DNA from: Felis catus
Lineage: Eukaryota
Reading direction: 5' to 3'
Assembly (NCBI RefSeq): GCF_018350175.1
Contig: NC_058368.1
Location: 77,812,001-77,876,000 of the forward strand
DNA: 64,000 nucleotides
Position numbers and translations under genes: made by a program. The notes under the pieces were generated by a model. That model made no database searches and was not told the DNA's origin. It saw only the letters and a program-made list of their open reading frames with translations. Numbering within the stretch: position 1 is the first letter of the stretch; each line of letters opens with the position of its first letter. Positions 36,100 through 48,779 of the stretch are shown piece by piece.

Positions 36100-39000
36100 A
36101 AGATGTGGCGACAATGGCTAGCGCTTGCTGGTTTACTTCTAAGTCCAGTAAACCTTGAACTGTGAGTAACTTGTTCTGCGAATGCTCCACAAGACGAGCA
36201 AACATTTCTAATGAATTTTAACTTGATAAACGAGCGATGTCTTGCAATACGAGTAGTATGTGACACGGAACGTCACATGACCACAACTCAGTCAATATAT
36301 ATCTTTGTTCTTGAAATCCACTTTGATATACAAGTGCTTTGGATTACAAATCATGTTTCCAGGATGAATTATGGTCACAAACCAAGGTTTCACTGTATTT
36401 CTGATATCTGTCCCCTGGTCCTTACTCCTAATCTTGCTACTCTGAAACATCCTCCTCATCCAATACCTGGAAAAATTCTAGGAACAGTGTTCTATTACAA
36501 GGTACCTCATTACCTCACAGCAAAACCATGTTCCCTCTAAGCCCACATGATCAGTGGAGATTTGGGAAGGAATGCAGCTCAATGACAGAAAATTCAGAGG
36601 AAGTTTCCTCAAAATGTAAAAACAAATCTTTGCACACTGTCCTTTTTATTAGATCATGGCCAAATATACAATCTTTTACTAAAGTCGAATTTGCAAAGAT
36701 GAGAAAAAAATTGGTCATGTAATGAATTCCAATATTAGGGGAAATCACAGTTGCTGAGCTTGAGGGCACTCAGAGATCACGGCGTCTTGCGACCTGACTT
36801 ACATGGCCAATGACTTGCTGAGGGCTGCACATCAGGGTCCACAACCAGCTACTGGCTGGGCTGGGACAAGAAAGCAGGTCTCCTCATTCATAGCATGTAT
36901 CATTTAGACTTCTAATGTAACCATGTCATATGACAAGACTGAACCAAAACAATAGCAGCCAAAGCTCTTCCCACCCCCACCCCCCACCAGAGGGGGCCAA
37001 TACAGAAATTTCGGGGTCCCTAGGGTCTGGACATTCTGTTTTCTTGTCAAATTTCCCATACCATTAATAGATTAGGGGGTTGGAAAGAAACAGGTGTCTT
37101 TTTGTGTGTTCATTATTAAGTAAACTGGCATACACAAATTGAACATTTTTCTCTTGGCATTTTCCAATTGGCTTTTATGGGCCTTTATAACTGAATAATC
37201 CCTAATTGTGATGTTTGAAACCTGTTCCCAAAAAACCTCCTCTAGGACAGAGGAGGGGGGAAAAAGGCTGCCAATCCTTAGCCAGGAAGCTTATCACTGA
37301 AGGCCAAAGTACGCATTGGAACCACGATTTGCTAATGAGCCAGAGAAGGGATTTCAAAAGAATGGTGGTGATTTGGTCAAGTGGCAAATACCCTTGGTAT
37401 TTAAGGCCATCAATACCTGAGCCACAAAGAGCCATCACACGCTAATAGAGATAATCGATGTGGGGAATAACGTGCTATTGTTTGAATGAGGCAGGATAAT
37501 CTCTAATTGCATGTGTCATCTGGAAACTCCAAGAGGAACTGACAAAGTGTGCAGTCTTGCAATTTTATAACTGAGTGTTCGCAAATCTTTAACTGGATTC
37601 TTCACCCGCTACGCCCTTTATCAACCACAAGATGTCTTTCCCAGGCATGGGTTCCCTGGTGGATGAGGAGTGGTTTATTTTGCTCTACAAAATGTCTTTG
37701 TCACAGCAGCAAGAACCCTGGTGCATATGCATTCTGTCTCACCATATGCTCTCTTTTCTCTTGTCCACTCTTTGCACATTGAGGGTACGAAATGGCGAAA
37801 TGGCGGCCAATGTATGTATTTAGCACACAATGACACCCAGCCAAGACATCATGCCAGGGGTAAGGTCCTAAATATTCAGCGTATTTCCCACTCAGCCATT
37901 TTTCCTTTGATATTCCACTCCCATAGGATCACGTGGTAGAGAAATCTAGAACTGTCTTTGCAGGGAAGGAATGATGGAAATTTGCCCATCGTAAGAATGT
38001 AAACTTTCCCCTCCTCTCATCATTCCTATGCGTTTCTAAGTTTTCCAAAATGTCTTTTATTTTTTTTGAAATGAAACTTTAGTCCCCAATGCTGGAAGCA
38101 ATCCTTTCTCACATTCTCACTCCTGCTCACCCTCCTTCCCTCTCTCCCTCCCCCCTCCCCTCTCTTAAATTCATTAGGAAGGACTCATGCCATCCCCTCT
38201 CGGGAGCTTTCGTGACATCCAGCTGACTAGAGGCATCACTCTGTCAAGCCAAACACGCGGTTAAGATCAGACCAACTCATGATCTTGAAAATTTTGCTGC
38301 TGACCCATCCCAATCCCGGAAGGTATGCGGTGTTCTGATTGATCAAGTTAGTAATTACATCTGACTGCCCTAACTCCCCCTGCAATCTCACCAGATTCTT
38401 CCAGTCCTAAATTAAAGGGTGAACACATCAGTCCACTATTAGGTGGTTTGCACACTTCGTGGTTAGCAAGAACATATTCTTACTATATTTCTCATCTGAG
38501 AAATATTTTCTGACATTATTAAGGTTTCTTGAGGTTGAAAGAATTGTCGAAACATGAGGGCACATATCCCTTTGCTAATGACAACATTACACTTTCTGAT
38601 CTCTATTGAGAAACCGTGACCAGTGAGAAACAGGACAGAAAGTGTCACGTTTGGTGAACTTTTAAGCTAAATTAGACGGATGTACAATTACAGGGAGGGG
38701 GATCTTTGAGTCACTGAAAGCCCTTTGTTCTAGCAAAAGGTAATGGTGCTTTGAATGTCCGCTGTCCCCATTCCAAGAATGTGCTATTTATTGCTAACAG
38801 GCTCTCACTTTCAGATGGCTGTATTGGTTTTTTTTTTTTTTCCCACTATTATGTTTGTTAGGATGTTACCTTCTGCCTCTAGGTATTCTCATTTCTCAGG
38901 GAAAATACACATTTAACCCAGGAGAGCCTGGATGTCATGTCTGGCTATCTGACCTGTCATCCCTGTTCCAACATTGAACGCTCCAAACCCATGACAACAA

Positions 39001-39504
39001 TTGAGGCACACGCCACACCACTGAGGCTATAATGAAGTCCCAGACAAGGCTCTGACCAACTGAGCAGGAATCACGTTGGAATCAAATTCCCTGGGTTCTG
39101 ATCCAAGGGTCATCATGGACCACCGGGGAACTGAGCTTTTCTCTCCCTCTTCGCTCCAAGACTCCATTCTACCACGTGTAACTAGAAATGAAATTGCCCT
39201 CTCCACAGGAGACGCTGCTGTGTGGTTCACGGAATGATGTCTGAAAAAATGCCCATGAGCGAGCCTTTCCAAGGATGAACATTCCACCAATCCTCTTGCT
39301 CTGGTGAATTTCTCCTGCTCACCTCAGAGGTAAGCTACTAAAAAGTGAAAAATAGAGCATACAGAGTCTTGGAGCTGCCTTCACCCTGGGGACTTACAAA
39401 TCACTGGGTGGCAGAATCCCAATGATCGGTCAGGGGACAAATCGCTAGTTCCCGGCTAAACTCATTCCATTTCAGATCTAGTTGGGGTTAAGGATTTACT
39501 TTAT

Positions 39505-39506
39505 AT

Positions 39507-39541
<35 letters not shown>
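39505..39541. repeat. (ATTT)n microsatellite
   Basis: Direct observation. Confidence 0.9.
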
Positions 39542-39774
39542 GCAGCCTTTAAACAGTGTACGCCATAGGGAATGAACTCCAGAAACTATTACAGAAACGT
39601 GTCAGACCAGTGGGATTGGCAGTGATTGATATCATCTTCATTGGCTTTCTGTCCAAGTGAGAAAAATACATTGATATGAGACCATGTACACCTGGGAACC
39701 AGATTCACTGCACCTTGCAGACTCGGTGAGATCACTGAGTAAACCGGATTTGACTGGCAACATCTACAATATGT

Positions 39775-40198
39775 CAGTGTATCAAAGACAAATAGTGTAT
39801 GACATCACTTATAACATGGAATCTAAAAAAAAAAAAAAAAAAACCGAACTCATAGAAACAGAGTAAAGCGGTGGTGAATGGGAGAGATGTTGGTCAAAGG
39901 GTTCAAACTTCCAGTAATAAGATGACTACATCCTGGGGATCTAATGTACAGCATGGTGATTATAGTTATTAATAACCTGTTATATACTTGAAAGTTGCTA
40001 GGGGAATAGACCTTAAAGGTTCTTATTGCCAAAAAAGGAAATGGGTGTTATATGACGTGATGAAGGCATTAGCTAGCAGTAGGGGGTAATCATTTTGCAA
40101 TATGTAAGCATATCAGATCAACATGTTATACAGGTTATGTACCTTAAACTTACACAATATGTCAATTACATCTCAAGCTGGGAATAAATTAAAAATAA
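39775..40198 (+). mobile_element. L1 3' UTR fragment (L1MA9-like)
   Basis: gatgttggtcaaagggttcaaacttccag...ggggatctaatgtacagcatggtga...atacttgaaagttgcta...accttaaacttacacaat. Confidence 0.85.
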
Positions 40199-40728
40199 GA
40201 TACTCTTTTTAAATGAAAGATAAAAAATCTCTGTAATAGGTGGCCACTATTGTCAAAGACGTGCTCTTAAGAATGCAGGGGGTTCTGCTCCAAACTTCAT
40301 CACAAGGGCTGGAGTCACCTGGGCCTATGGTTCCCTCATAAGAATGCACAGAGAGCATCATTATAAAACACAGATAGGCAACTCTGTATTATTTATGATT
40401 AGACTTTCTTTCAAGTTCCTACTAATATAATTTAGAAGACTTATAAATCTTCCATTTTTAATATCTCCTATCATGACTCCTTATTTATTTGATCTGTATT
40501 TAAAGAGCAAACATATAGCAATTTTTCTTTATAGGCATTTTTTCAAGAAAATATTGTTTTTCATGCAAGATCACATTGTTTAGGTTGAAGGTCTACATCA
40601 TTCAGAAAGGAAATATTTCCAAGCTTCAGAACAGGATAAATACATTAGAAAATAATTTAACTCTCCCTGAGCCATATCTCTGAAGTTATTCTTGGAAATG
40701 TTTTGAATGCTTAAGAATTTTAAATTTA

Positions 40729-40910
40729 GGGGCGCCTGGGTGGCTCAGGTGGTTAAGTGTACAACTCTTGATTTTGGCTCAGGTCATGCTCTCAGGGTTT
40801 GTGGGTTCAAGCTCCATGTAGGGCTCTGCACTGTGCAGAGCCTGCTTGGGATTCTCTCTCTCTCATTCTCTCTCTGTGTCCCTCCCCCGACCCCTCTCTC
40901 TCTTAAAATC
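40729..40910 (+). mobile_element. Can-SINE
   Basis: GGGGCGCCTGGGTGGCTCAG head; CT tract; TSD aattttaaattt / aagtttaaattt. Confidence 0.9.
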
Positions 40911-41005
40911 AAGTTTAAATTTTTTTTAATTACAAAATATTCTTATGTCTGAAGTGAAATATAGGCACATGTACTATCTGTACCATTGTCTCTTGCTGTT
41001 GTACG

Positions 41006-41555
41006 TGTAGGGAAGCAAAACTTGCCACTCCAAAACGCATGTCTTTGGCATGTGGACTATTTTAGGCTGATTATTTTTAAGAAACAGAAGGCTCGGGAAG
41101 AACCTTTGACAATCCCCCAACTGCCTGAAAGAAAATGGATAGAGGACCTCCTCCAGGAAGGAGGCTGTCATGACAGATAGCTACAGTATAATATGAGCTA
41201 GGCATGGTACACAGCAAGGAACCTAGCAAAGTCTGTTTCTGAAAATTCCTCTCCAGGCCCCACTGTTTCCCTATGGGCCACCCAACCCTTGTTTACCAAA
41301 CACTTACTCTTCCTCATCTTCCTGTGAATTGCTTTCCTCCTTTTGTGAAGCCATGGACCACCACCCCCTTCTCTTCAGCTCCAGATGGCATATAAGCCTC
41401 AACTGCCTGACTGCCCATGGGCCTCCTATTCTTATGGAGTCGCTGTATGCACATAATTAAATTTGATTTTTTGTTACTCTGTCTCGTGTCAATTTAATTC
41501 TTAGAATATCCAAAATCATCTTGAAAGGTAGAGGAAAATTTTCCCCTCCCCAACA
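41006..41555 (+). mobile_element. ERV1-class solo LTR (MER34-like)
   Basis: TG...CA ends (tgtagggaagc...ccctccccaaca); 4-bp TSD tacg / taag; tctttggcatgtggactattttaggctg start, catataagcc TATA-like box and attaaa poly(A)-like signal. Confidence 0.8.
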
Positions 41556-42029
41556 TAAGCTCGGTCTGAGTCAACTGCACAAAATCTCTGCAGAAATGCA
41601 GATATAAGGCGTGCTTGCTGTGAAGGAAGGTGGGAGAGGTGGGCTTAGATTTCTTGTGCTCTCTACTATTTTTTGAGAATTCAAAACATAGCAAATGGTC
41701 ATTAAATATCTATTCATTAATTAAGCAAATGAAATGGCCCCATATAGAAGACAATATTAATTAGAAAAGACTTTGGGGACTAGATAATATTTAATCAGGG
41801 GATAGAAGGACAGAAATTGGCTTGGCCCAAAGGACGAGAAAGTAATTTCCAGAAGTAGAAAAAATGCCCTACAGAAGCATTTCAAAGCAAGACGATGGAT
41901 GACAGCCTATACGGGGACTGTGCATAGTATGTCAACATATAGACTTGATTTACTGAAGCATAAATACCATCCGATAGTACTATAAAATAACCATAATATC
42001 ATCAATTTCCATTCGCACATTACTTTAAC

Positions 42030-42230
42030 ATTTGTAAAAAGGTTTTTGAATATTATTGCATTAAGTCCTTGATGGAGAATAACTCGGTGATGGAGGAATA
42101 ATCGTTCTCATTTTGCAAACAAAGTAATGAAGGCTGAGAAATGTTAGTCAATTATCTAAAGGTACTTACAAAAAAGTGGAAGAGGTTATATGCAAATTAC
42201 TTCTGATGTAGGATCTAATGCTCTTCTACT
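42030..42230 (-). mobile_element. MIR fragment
   Basis: ctcattttgcaaacaaagtaatgaaggctgagaaatgttagtcaattatctaaagg. Confidence 0.5.
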
Positions 42231-42854
42231 AAGTTATTGTGTGGTTTCTACAAATGCAAGTGCAAATTATATGTGGCCAGCGGGGAGGAAGGATAGGAAA
42301 AGACATAGTAGACCATTACTGATGCTATTAGAATTCAAATTATTTATTATAACTCTTGCCCTCCATAGTTTATCAGAGTTTCTTGTAAAAATTCTTAAGA
42401 AATCAGAGACTCTTCCATCTGTAGTTCTGGGAAAAACCACAGGATGTCATCTTGTGTGTTACCTTTTTTTCAAGCAAGTTATTTGTTTTAAGGAGGATAA
42501 GAGAATTTTTTACATGGTCTAAAGCTTCTCTTTCTCAAAGTGAATTTTATTATTTTGAATAGTAATTCATCCCTATGGCTTAGATATCAAAACTATTTAA
42601 TAAATTATAGACTCAAAGTCTTGCTTTTACTCTGATTTCTGTTGTCCTTAATCTTCGCACGCACCAGCCCATTCTAACCTCACAGTGTGTATCCCTCCAG
42701 ACCGTTTATACACACAGACACATAAACGCACACGCACGCATGCTTACATATGCACACACACATACGCACACAAACATTTCTGTCTTTATTACCTCAGTCA
42801 GTGGTAGAATAACAGACACATTGCTCTGTACTGTTTTCAAATTTAACCTATTCT

Positions 42855-43046
42855 GAGGTGCCCAGGTGGCTCAGTTGGTTGAGTCTCCAGGTGTTGATTT
42901 TGGCTCGGGTCATGATCTCCCGATTGGTGGGATCGAGCCCTTATCGGGCTCTGCGCTGACAGCTTGGGATTCTCTCTCTCCCTCTCTATAAATACATACA
43001 TACATGCATGCATGCATGCATGCATATATACTTAGAAAAACTGTAC
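42855..43046 (+). mobile_element. Older Can-SINE with (TACA)n/(TGCA)n tail
   Basis: TSD aatttaacctattct (42840-42854) / aatttaacctatcct (43047-43061). Confidence 0.88.
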
Positions 43047-43923
43047 AATTTAACCTATCCTAAGATAATTTATATCAACACAATATATATTGTATTCCTT
43101 TTTCTCTAACAGCTACAGTGTATTTTGATATGTGGATGTTTATGGATGAGTGCTTGGGTCCTTTCTAATTTTTGTTATAAAATGTCTGAATAGTAAATTA
43201 CAGAACAGACACAGTTAAATTATAAATTTGGATTTCCCCGTATCTGTGGACTTTGACCTTGAGCTTCCAACCCTCCCTCAATCCCTCTTCTGATGTTCTT
43301 GCTCTTTGACTGCCTCCCGGTCATCACCAATATCACCCTCACACATCTTCTCAGTAAAGGAGGAGGGGAGACCAGGGCAAGATGAGAGTAAGACACTCAA
43401 GCTCCAAATGTTCGAGGTAAATGCCAGGTTTCTTTTCAGGCCAAAGTTAAAAGTAACACATTCAAATGTGCTAAACCATGGACATTTAAAAATCTACTTT
43501 TAACACACGGATTTCTTCTGCAGAAACCCCTGCTTTTACATGCATGGGATTCCTTTTTCCTATCAGGGCCTGGAGTCATTGACTAAGGAACTACCAAAGA
43601 TCATAGCACAGACACAGAATTCCCATGTAGAGTTCACGCTTTGTCTTGTCTTTAGAGATTAATTTCCACAAGCACCTGGTCATTTGATCCTAACCGATCT
43701 CTACTTGCAGCCTTATGTAGATACAGCGTTAGATTCATCCTCACCCAGAGGCAATGTAACTTGAAAAATAAAAAACATGGTTCAATGTTTTTTATAAAAA
43801 GAACCAACTGGAGAGCTTCCAAATGATTCAGAAAAGATGCTGACTTTCTTGCTGTTAGCAGAAAGCAGCACACATATATGAACCATCCGCTCCAAATAAT
43901 TAGCTAATAAAATGATAAAACAG

Positions 43924-44130
43924 GAGGCACCCGGGTGGCTCGGTTGGTTAAGCGTCAGACTTTGGCTCAGGTCATGATCTTGTGGCTCTGTGAGTTCGAG
44001 CCCCACATCGGGCTCTCTGCTGTCAGTGAAGAGCCCGCTTCAGATCCTCTGTTTTCCTCTCTCTCTGCCCCTCCCCGACTAGCACGCATAACCTCTTTCT
44101 CTCTCTCAAAAATAAATAAACATTAAAAAA
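43924..44130 (+). mobile_element. Can-SINE, full length
   Basis: Head, CT tract, AATAAATAAACATTAAAA tail; short TSD aaaacag. Confidence 0.93.
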
Positions 44131-44723
44131 AAACAGCGTCAGGACGTGTTTAAAAGTACCTTGGGTATATTGCAAAAAAACAAAATTTCCCATCTTTTAT
44201 TCCTAGCTATGTCAGTGCTGCATTTTATGTGAGGCACTGGCTGTCTTACAAAATGTTTCTAGAAAATGAAAGTTTATAAATGACACGCTGAAAACAAATA
44301 ACCAGGTCTCTTTTGCTCCATTTAATCCCAGCGCTCAATTCTCTTCATCATTCCCTAATATGGCCTTTCAATCTGTCTTCCAGGCCAAGGGAATGTTACA
44401 GTTTCCTAGGAAGGACAATGTTTCTGGAATAAATGTGCTTTCTAAGTCTCAGCTACACGACACCGGCAAAACCTGTTGAAAAGAGAAAATTCATTCCTAC
44501 CTGACACCAAATAACTGTTTTGACTGATTATTTCCTCTGAACTGACAGGTTGTTTTGGCAAAGTAGACACCAGCTTAGTCAATTGAGCACATGAATGATA
44601 CATGAGGGGTTCCGTTTTCAAAGCAGAAAAAAATTGTACAGTTGTTCACTCAACACTCAAAAGTGTTTATTTGGTTCCATAACACCTATTTTAAAAGCAT
44701 TGACTCTGCAGAATACAAAAGAG

Positions 44724-44882
44724 TTTTTGAGGGGGGGCAGAGGGAAAGAGATAGAGAACCCTAAGCAGGCTCCACGTTCACCCTAGAACCTGACGTGGGG
44801 CTTGATCCCACAACTCTGGGATCGTGACCTGAACTAAAATCAAGAGTCGGATGCTTAACCGACTGAGCCACCCAGGCTCTCC
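44724..44882 (-). mobile_element. Older Can-SINE
   Basis: ...caagagtcggatgcttaaccgactgagccacccagg head on the minus strand; short tail. Confidence 0.88.
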
Positions 44883-45098
44883 AGTGCCTCTCGCATTATT
44901 ATTTATAACTAGAAAGTGGAAACAATCAGGAAGATCTATAAGAAAAAAGCAGTTAAATCAACAAAGTCACCTTCCGTTTCTCTGGGAGGATGAATTCCAA
45001 AAGTTGACTCCAGTTCCACAGTGGCACGGCCATCTAGACCTGGAACCAAAATCTAGGGGAGGTGATTTCTGTTCCCACCTAAGATATTTCTAATCTCT

Positions 45099-45313
45099 GG
45101 GGCGCCTGGGTGGCGCAGTCGGTTAAGCGTCCGACTTCAGCCAGGTCACGATCTCGCGGTCCGTGAGTTCGAGACCCGCGTCAGGCTCTGGGCTGATGGC
45201 TCAGAGCCTGGAGCCTGTTTCCGATTCTGTGTCTCCCTCTCTCTCTGCCCCTCCCCCGTTCATGCTCTGTCTCTCTCTGTCCCAAAAATAAACGTTGAAA
45301 AAAAAATTTAAAA
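45099..45313 (+). mobile_element. Young felid Can-SINE (SINEC_Fc-like)
   Basis: Perfect TSD aagatatttctaatctc (45081-45097 / 45314-45330); CpGs intact. Confidence 0.97.
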
Positions 45314-45554
45314 AAGATATTTCTAATCTCACTGACGTAGCCATTGCCCTACGTACCAGTGACCTCGGGAAAGTTTTAATTACCTAGAAAAAATATCCGT
45401 ATCATTTCCCCTGAGGTCTGGGAATTAAGAGAGTGATTTCAAAAAAAAAAAAAAAATTAAGAAAGGAAATGACGACCTTGTGAGATGAAGCGCTGAACCA
45501 GCTTGACTTCATCCTAATTTATCAGAGCCTGTATTATTAAAACGCACAGATTTC

Positions 45555-45776
45555 GGGGCGCCTGGGTGGCGCAGTCAGTTAAGCGTCCGACTTCAGCCAG
45601 GTCATGGTCTCGCGGTCCGTGAGTTCGAGCCCCGCGTCAGGCTCTGGGCTGATGGCTCAGAGCCTGGAGCTTGTTTCCGATTCTGTGTCTCCCTCTCTCT
45701 CTGCCCCTCCCCTGTTCATGCTCTGTCTCTCTCTGTCCCAAAAATAAATAAAAATGTTGAAAAAAAAATTTAAAAA
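45555..45776 (+). mobile_element. Young felid Can-SINE (SINEC_Fc-like)
   Basis: Perfect TSD aaaacgcacagatttc (45539-45554 / 45777-45792). Confidence 0.97.
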
Positions 45777-47441
45777 AAAACGCACAGATTTCATGAGGTT
45801 TTTTCCTCCTCATGGTTATGATCACAAAAGCCTAAAATGGAGTTCAAGTTTCAAGAGAAAGTCTTATCCCTTTCAGTGTTATTTACCATGCGGGGGGGGG
45901 GGGGTCGTCTTCTGACATGTGCCAGGATAACCTTAATGAAGGAGTCCCTTTGTACCTACATTTTCTCTACATGAAAGCTGCCACAATGTCAGCCATTGGG
46001 ACACGTTATTCCTTATAAGCCCAGGCATGCAATTTCCTATGAAATTTCTATTTTAAAGCCTACACACACGCACCACTCAGAAAGCAATTCGGAACAAAGA
46101 ATCAAATGACATGCCATTGTGCAGAAAGAACTATAACTGTGGGCTCTGTTTTCTTCCCCCCTTCTATTACTATTGATTCTCAGCTCAGTTCCGAAAACAT
46201 CTTGCTTCCCATAGAGAAGGTACAAATTTGCCGCCTTCAGTATGAATACCTTCCACGGGTTTGCTTAATTTGCCTTAAACGGGAGAGTAGTTACCACCTT
46301 GGAGTTGTTCTAAAACCCAGCTCGTCTGAACAACAGGAATGCAATTTTAAAGGCTTTTTTTTCTGCCTTGAATCTAGCAACGTAAAAATATACAGACAAC
46401 AATGAAAGTAATTCTACTTTCATTTTCCAGTAACGTCTACGTGGAACCTGTACGTGTTGTGCAGGTGAAATCGTATCTATCTATAATTTCATCTTCATAA
46501 CACGTACAGATTCCATATGAAAATCTGAAAATGTACAAGCTGTCACACAAAGCCTACTTCGATTTCTTCAGTGGCATGGACAGCCTCCTCATCCATGTGA
46601 TGGGTCTCTGATGTCTGTCTGTTTGCTTTTTAATAAACCATCATGAAGGCCTGCTGCCCTTGTAACAGACACTCAACGTCTTCCCAAAGCAAGGCATTTC
46701 ATTTAAAAAGACAGGCCAGATGCATGCTCTGGTCATCGGGTGTTATAAGTCAACAGACAGTTGTGACTGCTTCCCTCTGCATTTTTTTCCCAGTGTATTG
46801 GAGCTGCGTGGAGGCAAAATCCGGAGCCCTTTCCATGTAGGGAACATTATACATCCCCAACCCCCACTTTCCTTTTACCAGGCTAGCCCTTTATGTCATT
46901 ATTTTTTGTTCAAGAAGAATGTCAAGTGAGGATCCTAATTGATCTCTTGCTGTTTTGCGAGTCTCAATTAGACACTGAGGCCACTGGCCAAATTGTTCGC
47001 CTTAACGTGCTTTCGCTCAAGGCAGCCTACACGTTACTTAATCTCCTTTTGTGCCACTGAAATGTCTGAGAAGCACCTCACCTCTTTTACTTTTCATGAG
47101 CTACATTTCACATTACGAAGAGGTGTATTGACTCAGTATGCTCACAACTATACAGCAAATGGGGAAAATCATTAGCGAAAATAAGTTTGCTAAAAAGTCT
47201 TTTGCATATCAAAAGGTAACACAGTTTTTCCTTTGCTTGAGGTAATTCTCAGTGCTCTTTTCAAATGAGATGATCAGAATTGTAAGGAACAGCTTGAATA
47301 TTCTTCCCATCAGTTTTTTTTTTTCTTTTCCTTATTCAAGGAAGAAGCCACTGCCTAAGTGATACTGCCCATCTGCAAATGGTACCTAAAAACATCTAAA
47401 CAAACAAAAACCTAATGAGTTCATACATGGAATGCCAAACA

Positions 47442-47443
<2 letters not shown>

Positions 47444-47490
<47 letters not shown>
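47444..47490. repeat. (TA)n microsatellite
   Basis: Uninterrupted (AT)n of about 46 bp. Confidence 0.95.
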
Positions 47491-47491
<1 letters not shown>

Positions 47492-47550
47492 TTTTAATAA
47501 TTATTGATGTTTTTACTTCAAGATAATTTATTAAAAAGTTGGGCAATTTT

Positions 47551-47740
47551 CTTTTTTAACATTTATTTGATTTTGAGAGACAGAGCGTGAGCAGGGAAGA
47601 GGCAGACACAGAATCGGAAGCAGGCTCCAGGCTCTGAGCTGTCAGCACAGAGCCCGACGCAGGGCTCGAACTCACAAACTGCAAGATCGTGACCCGAGCC
47701 TAAGTCGGCTGCTTACCCGACTGAGCCACCCAGGTGCTCC
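47551..47740 (-). mobile_element. Felid Can-SINE
   Basis: Head ...ctgagccacccaggtgctcc; TSD core gcaatttt on both sides. Confidence 0.93.
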
Positions 47741-48187
47741 TTGCAATTTTTAATAGTCAGGGCACTGGGACATCAGAGTGCTTCTCAGAGAAACATATTT
47801 AACCTCAGATTAAGAAGTGATGTTATTGTGTTCTTTTTCTGTGAACTTTTTCTTTCTTTACATGCTTCCCAATTACATGTTCTATCTCTTAGGACATTCT
47901 TTTTACTTTTGCCCATTATTACAAGTAAGAGTGTTTACAGTCTGTCCTCTATTTCATAAAAATTTACTTGCGACAGATTGTATTTTCTCATTCCTCTCTC
48001 ATACACCAAGCATGGAGATGAATTAGATCCCTTAAGACTAAGGTACACAAAAGAAGAAAAGATTCTAGACGTATCATCAAAGGCCACGTCAACTTTATCA
48101 ATTACTCATGTTTATATCAATGGTCATAACCAACTTTATTTATTTGGCCAGTGGCTCTAGGGTCTGGTTTTTAAAACAATACTAATA

Positions 48188-48397
48188 GGGGTGACTAGGT
48201 AGCTCAGTCGGTTCAGCGTCGGACTTCGGCTCAGATCATGATCTCACAGTTCATGAGTTTGAGCCCCACGTCGGGCTCTGTGCTGACAGCTCAGAGCCTG
48301 GAGCCTGCTTCAGATTCTGTGTCTCCCTCTCTCTCTGCCCCTCCCCTTCTGCCACTTACACTGTCTCTCTCTCAAATAAATAAACATTAAAAAAAAG
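48188..48397 (+). mobile_element. Felid Can-SINE, full length
   Basis: TSD aaaacaatactaata (48173-48187) / aaaacaaaactaata (48398-48412). Confidence 0.95.
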
Positions 48398-48779
48398 AAA
48401 ACAAAACTAATACAGTTATAATCCTAATATATCATTCTACTGCCGCCCAGTATATGTATATTTATTCAGGTCAACATAAACAAAATTTTTAAAATCCATT
48501 TTACAGTTATCTGTAAGGAATACACAATGTTATTCTCTGAGGCATAAATATCCTATCATTTGAAGCCTGTGATTGAGATTTTTGGCAATTATGTAATTTC
48601 AACCAACACACTCATCTTGTGACTCAGCTACAAACTTTGGAGTAATTCTCAAAAACTCTTTTCCTTTATTGCATTCATTTCCAACAGATGTAGACAGATG
48701 ACAGATGACAGACAGATCTACTTCAGAGTGTATGTGTGTTCATTCCCATCTTATTTTTAAAAATATTTTTAATGTAGAT

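Noticed and set aside
35645..36205. Longest ORF (186 aa) and similar MAQSVK.../RERERGRHRI ORFs across the window
   Set aside because: They read through Can-SINE sequence; no evidence of a real protein
36984..36998. CTCF-like motif ccaccagagggggc
   Set aside because: Mismatch at the conserved C of the GGC core and embedded in C-rich low-complexity sequence
38484..38602. Minus-strand 119-nt exon candidate
   Set aside because: Weak donor context (ATA|gtaaga) and unrecognised peptide
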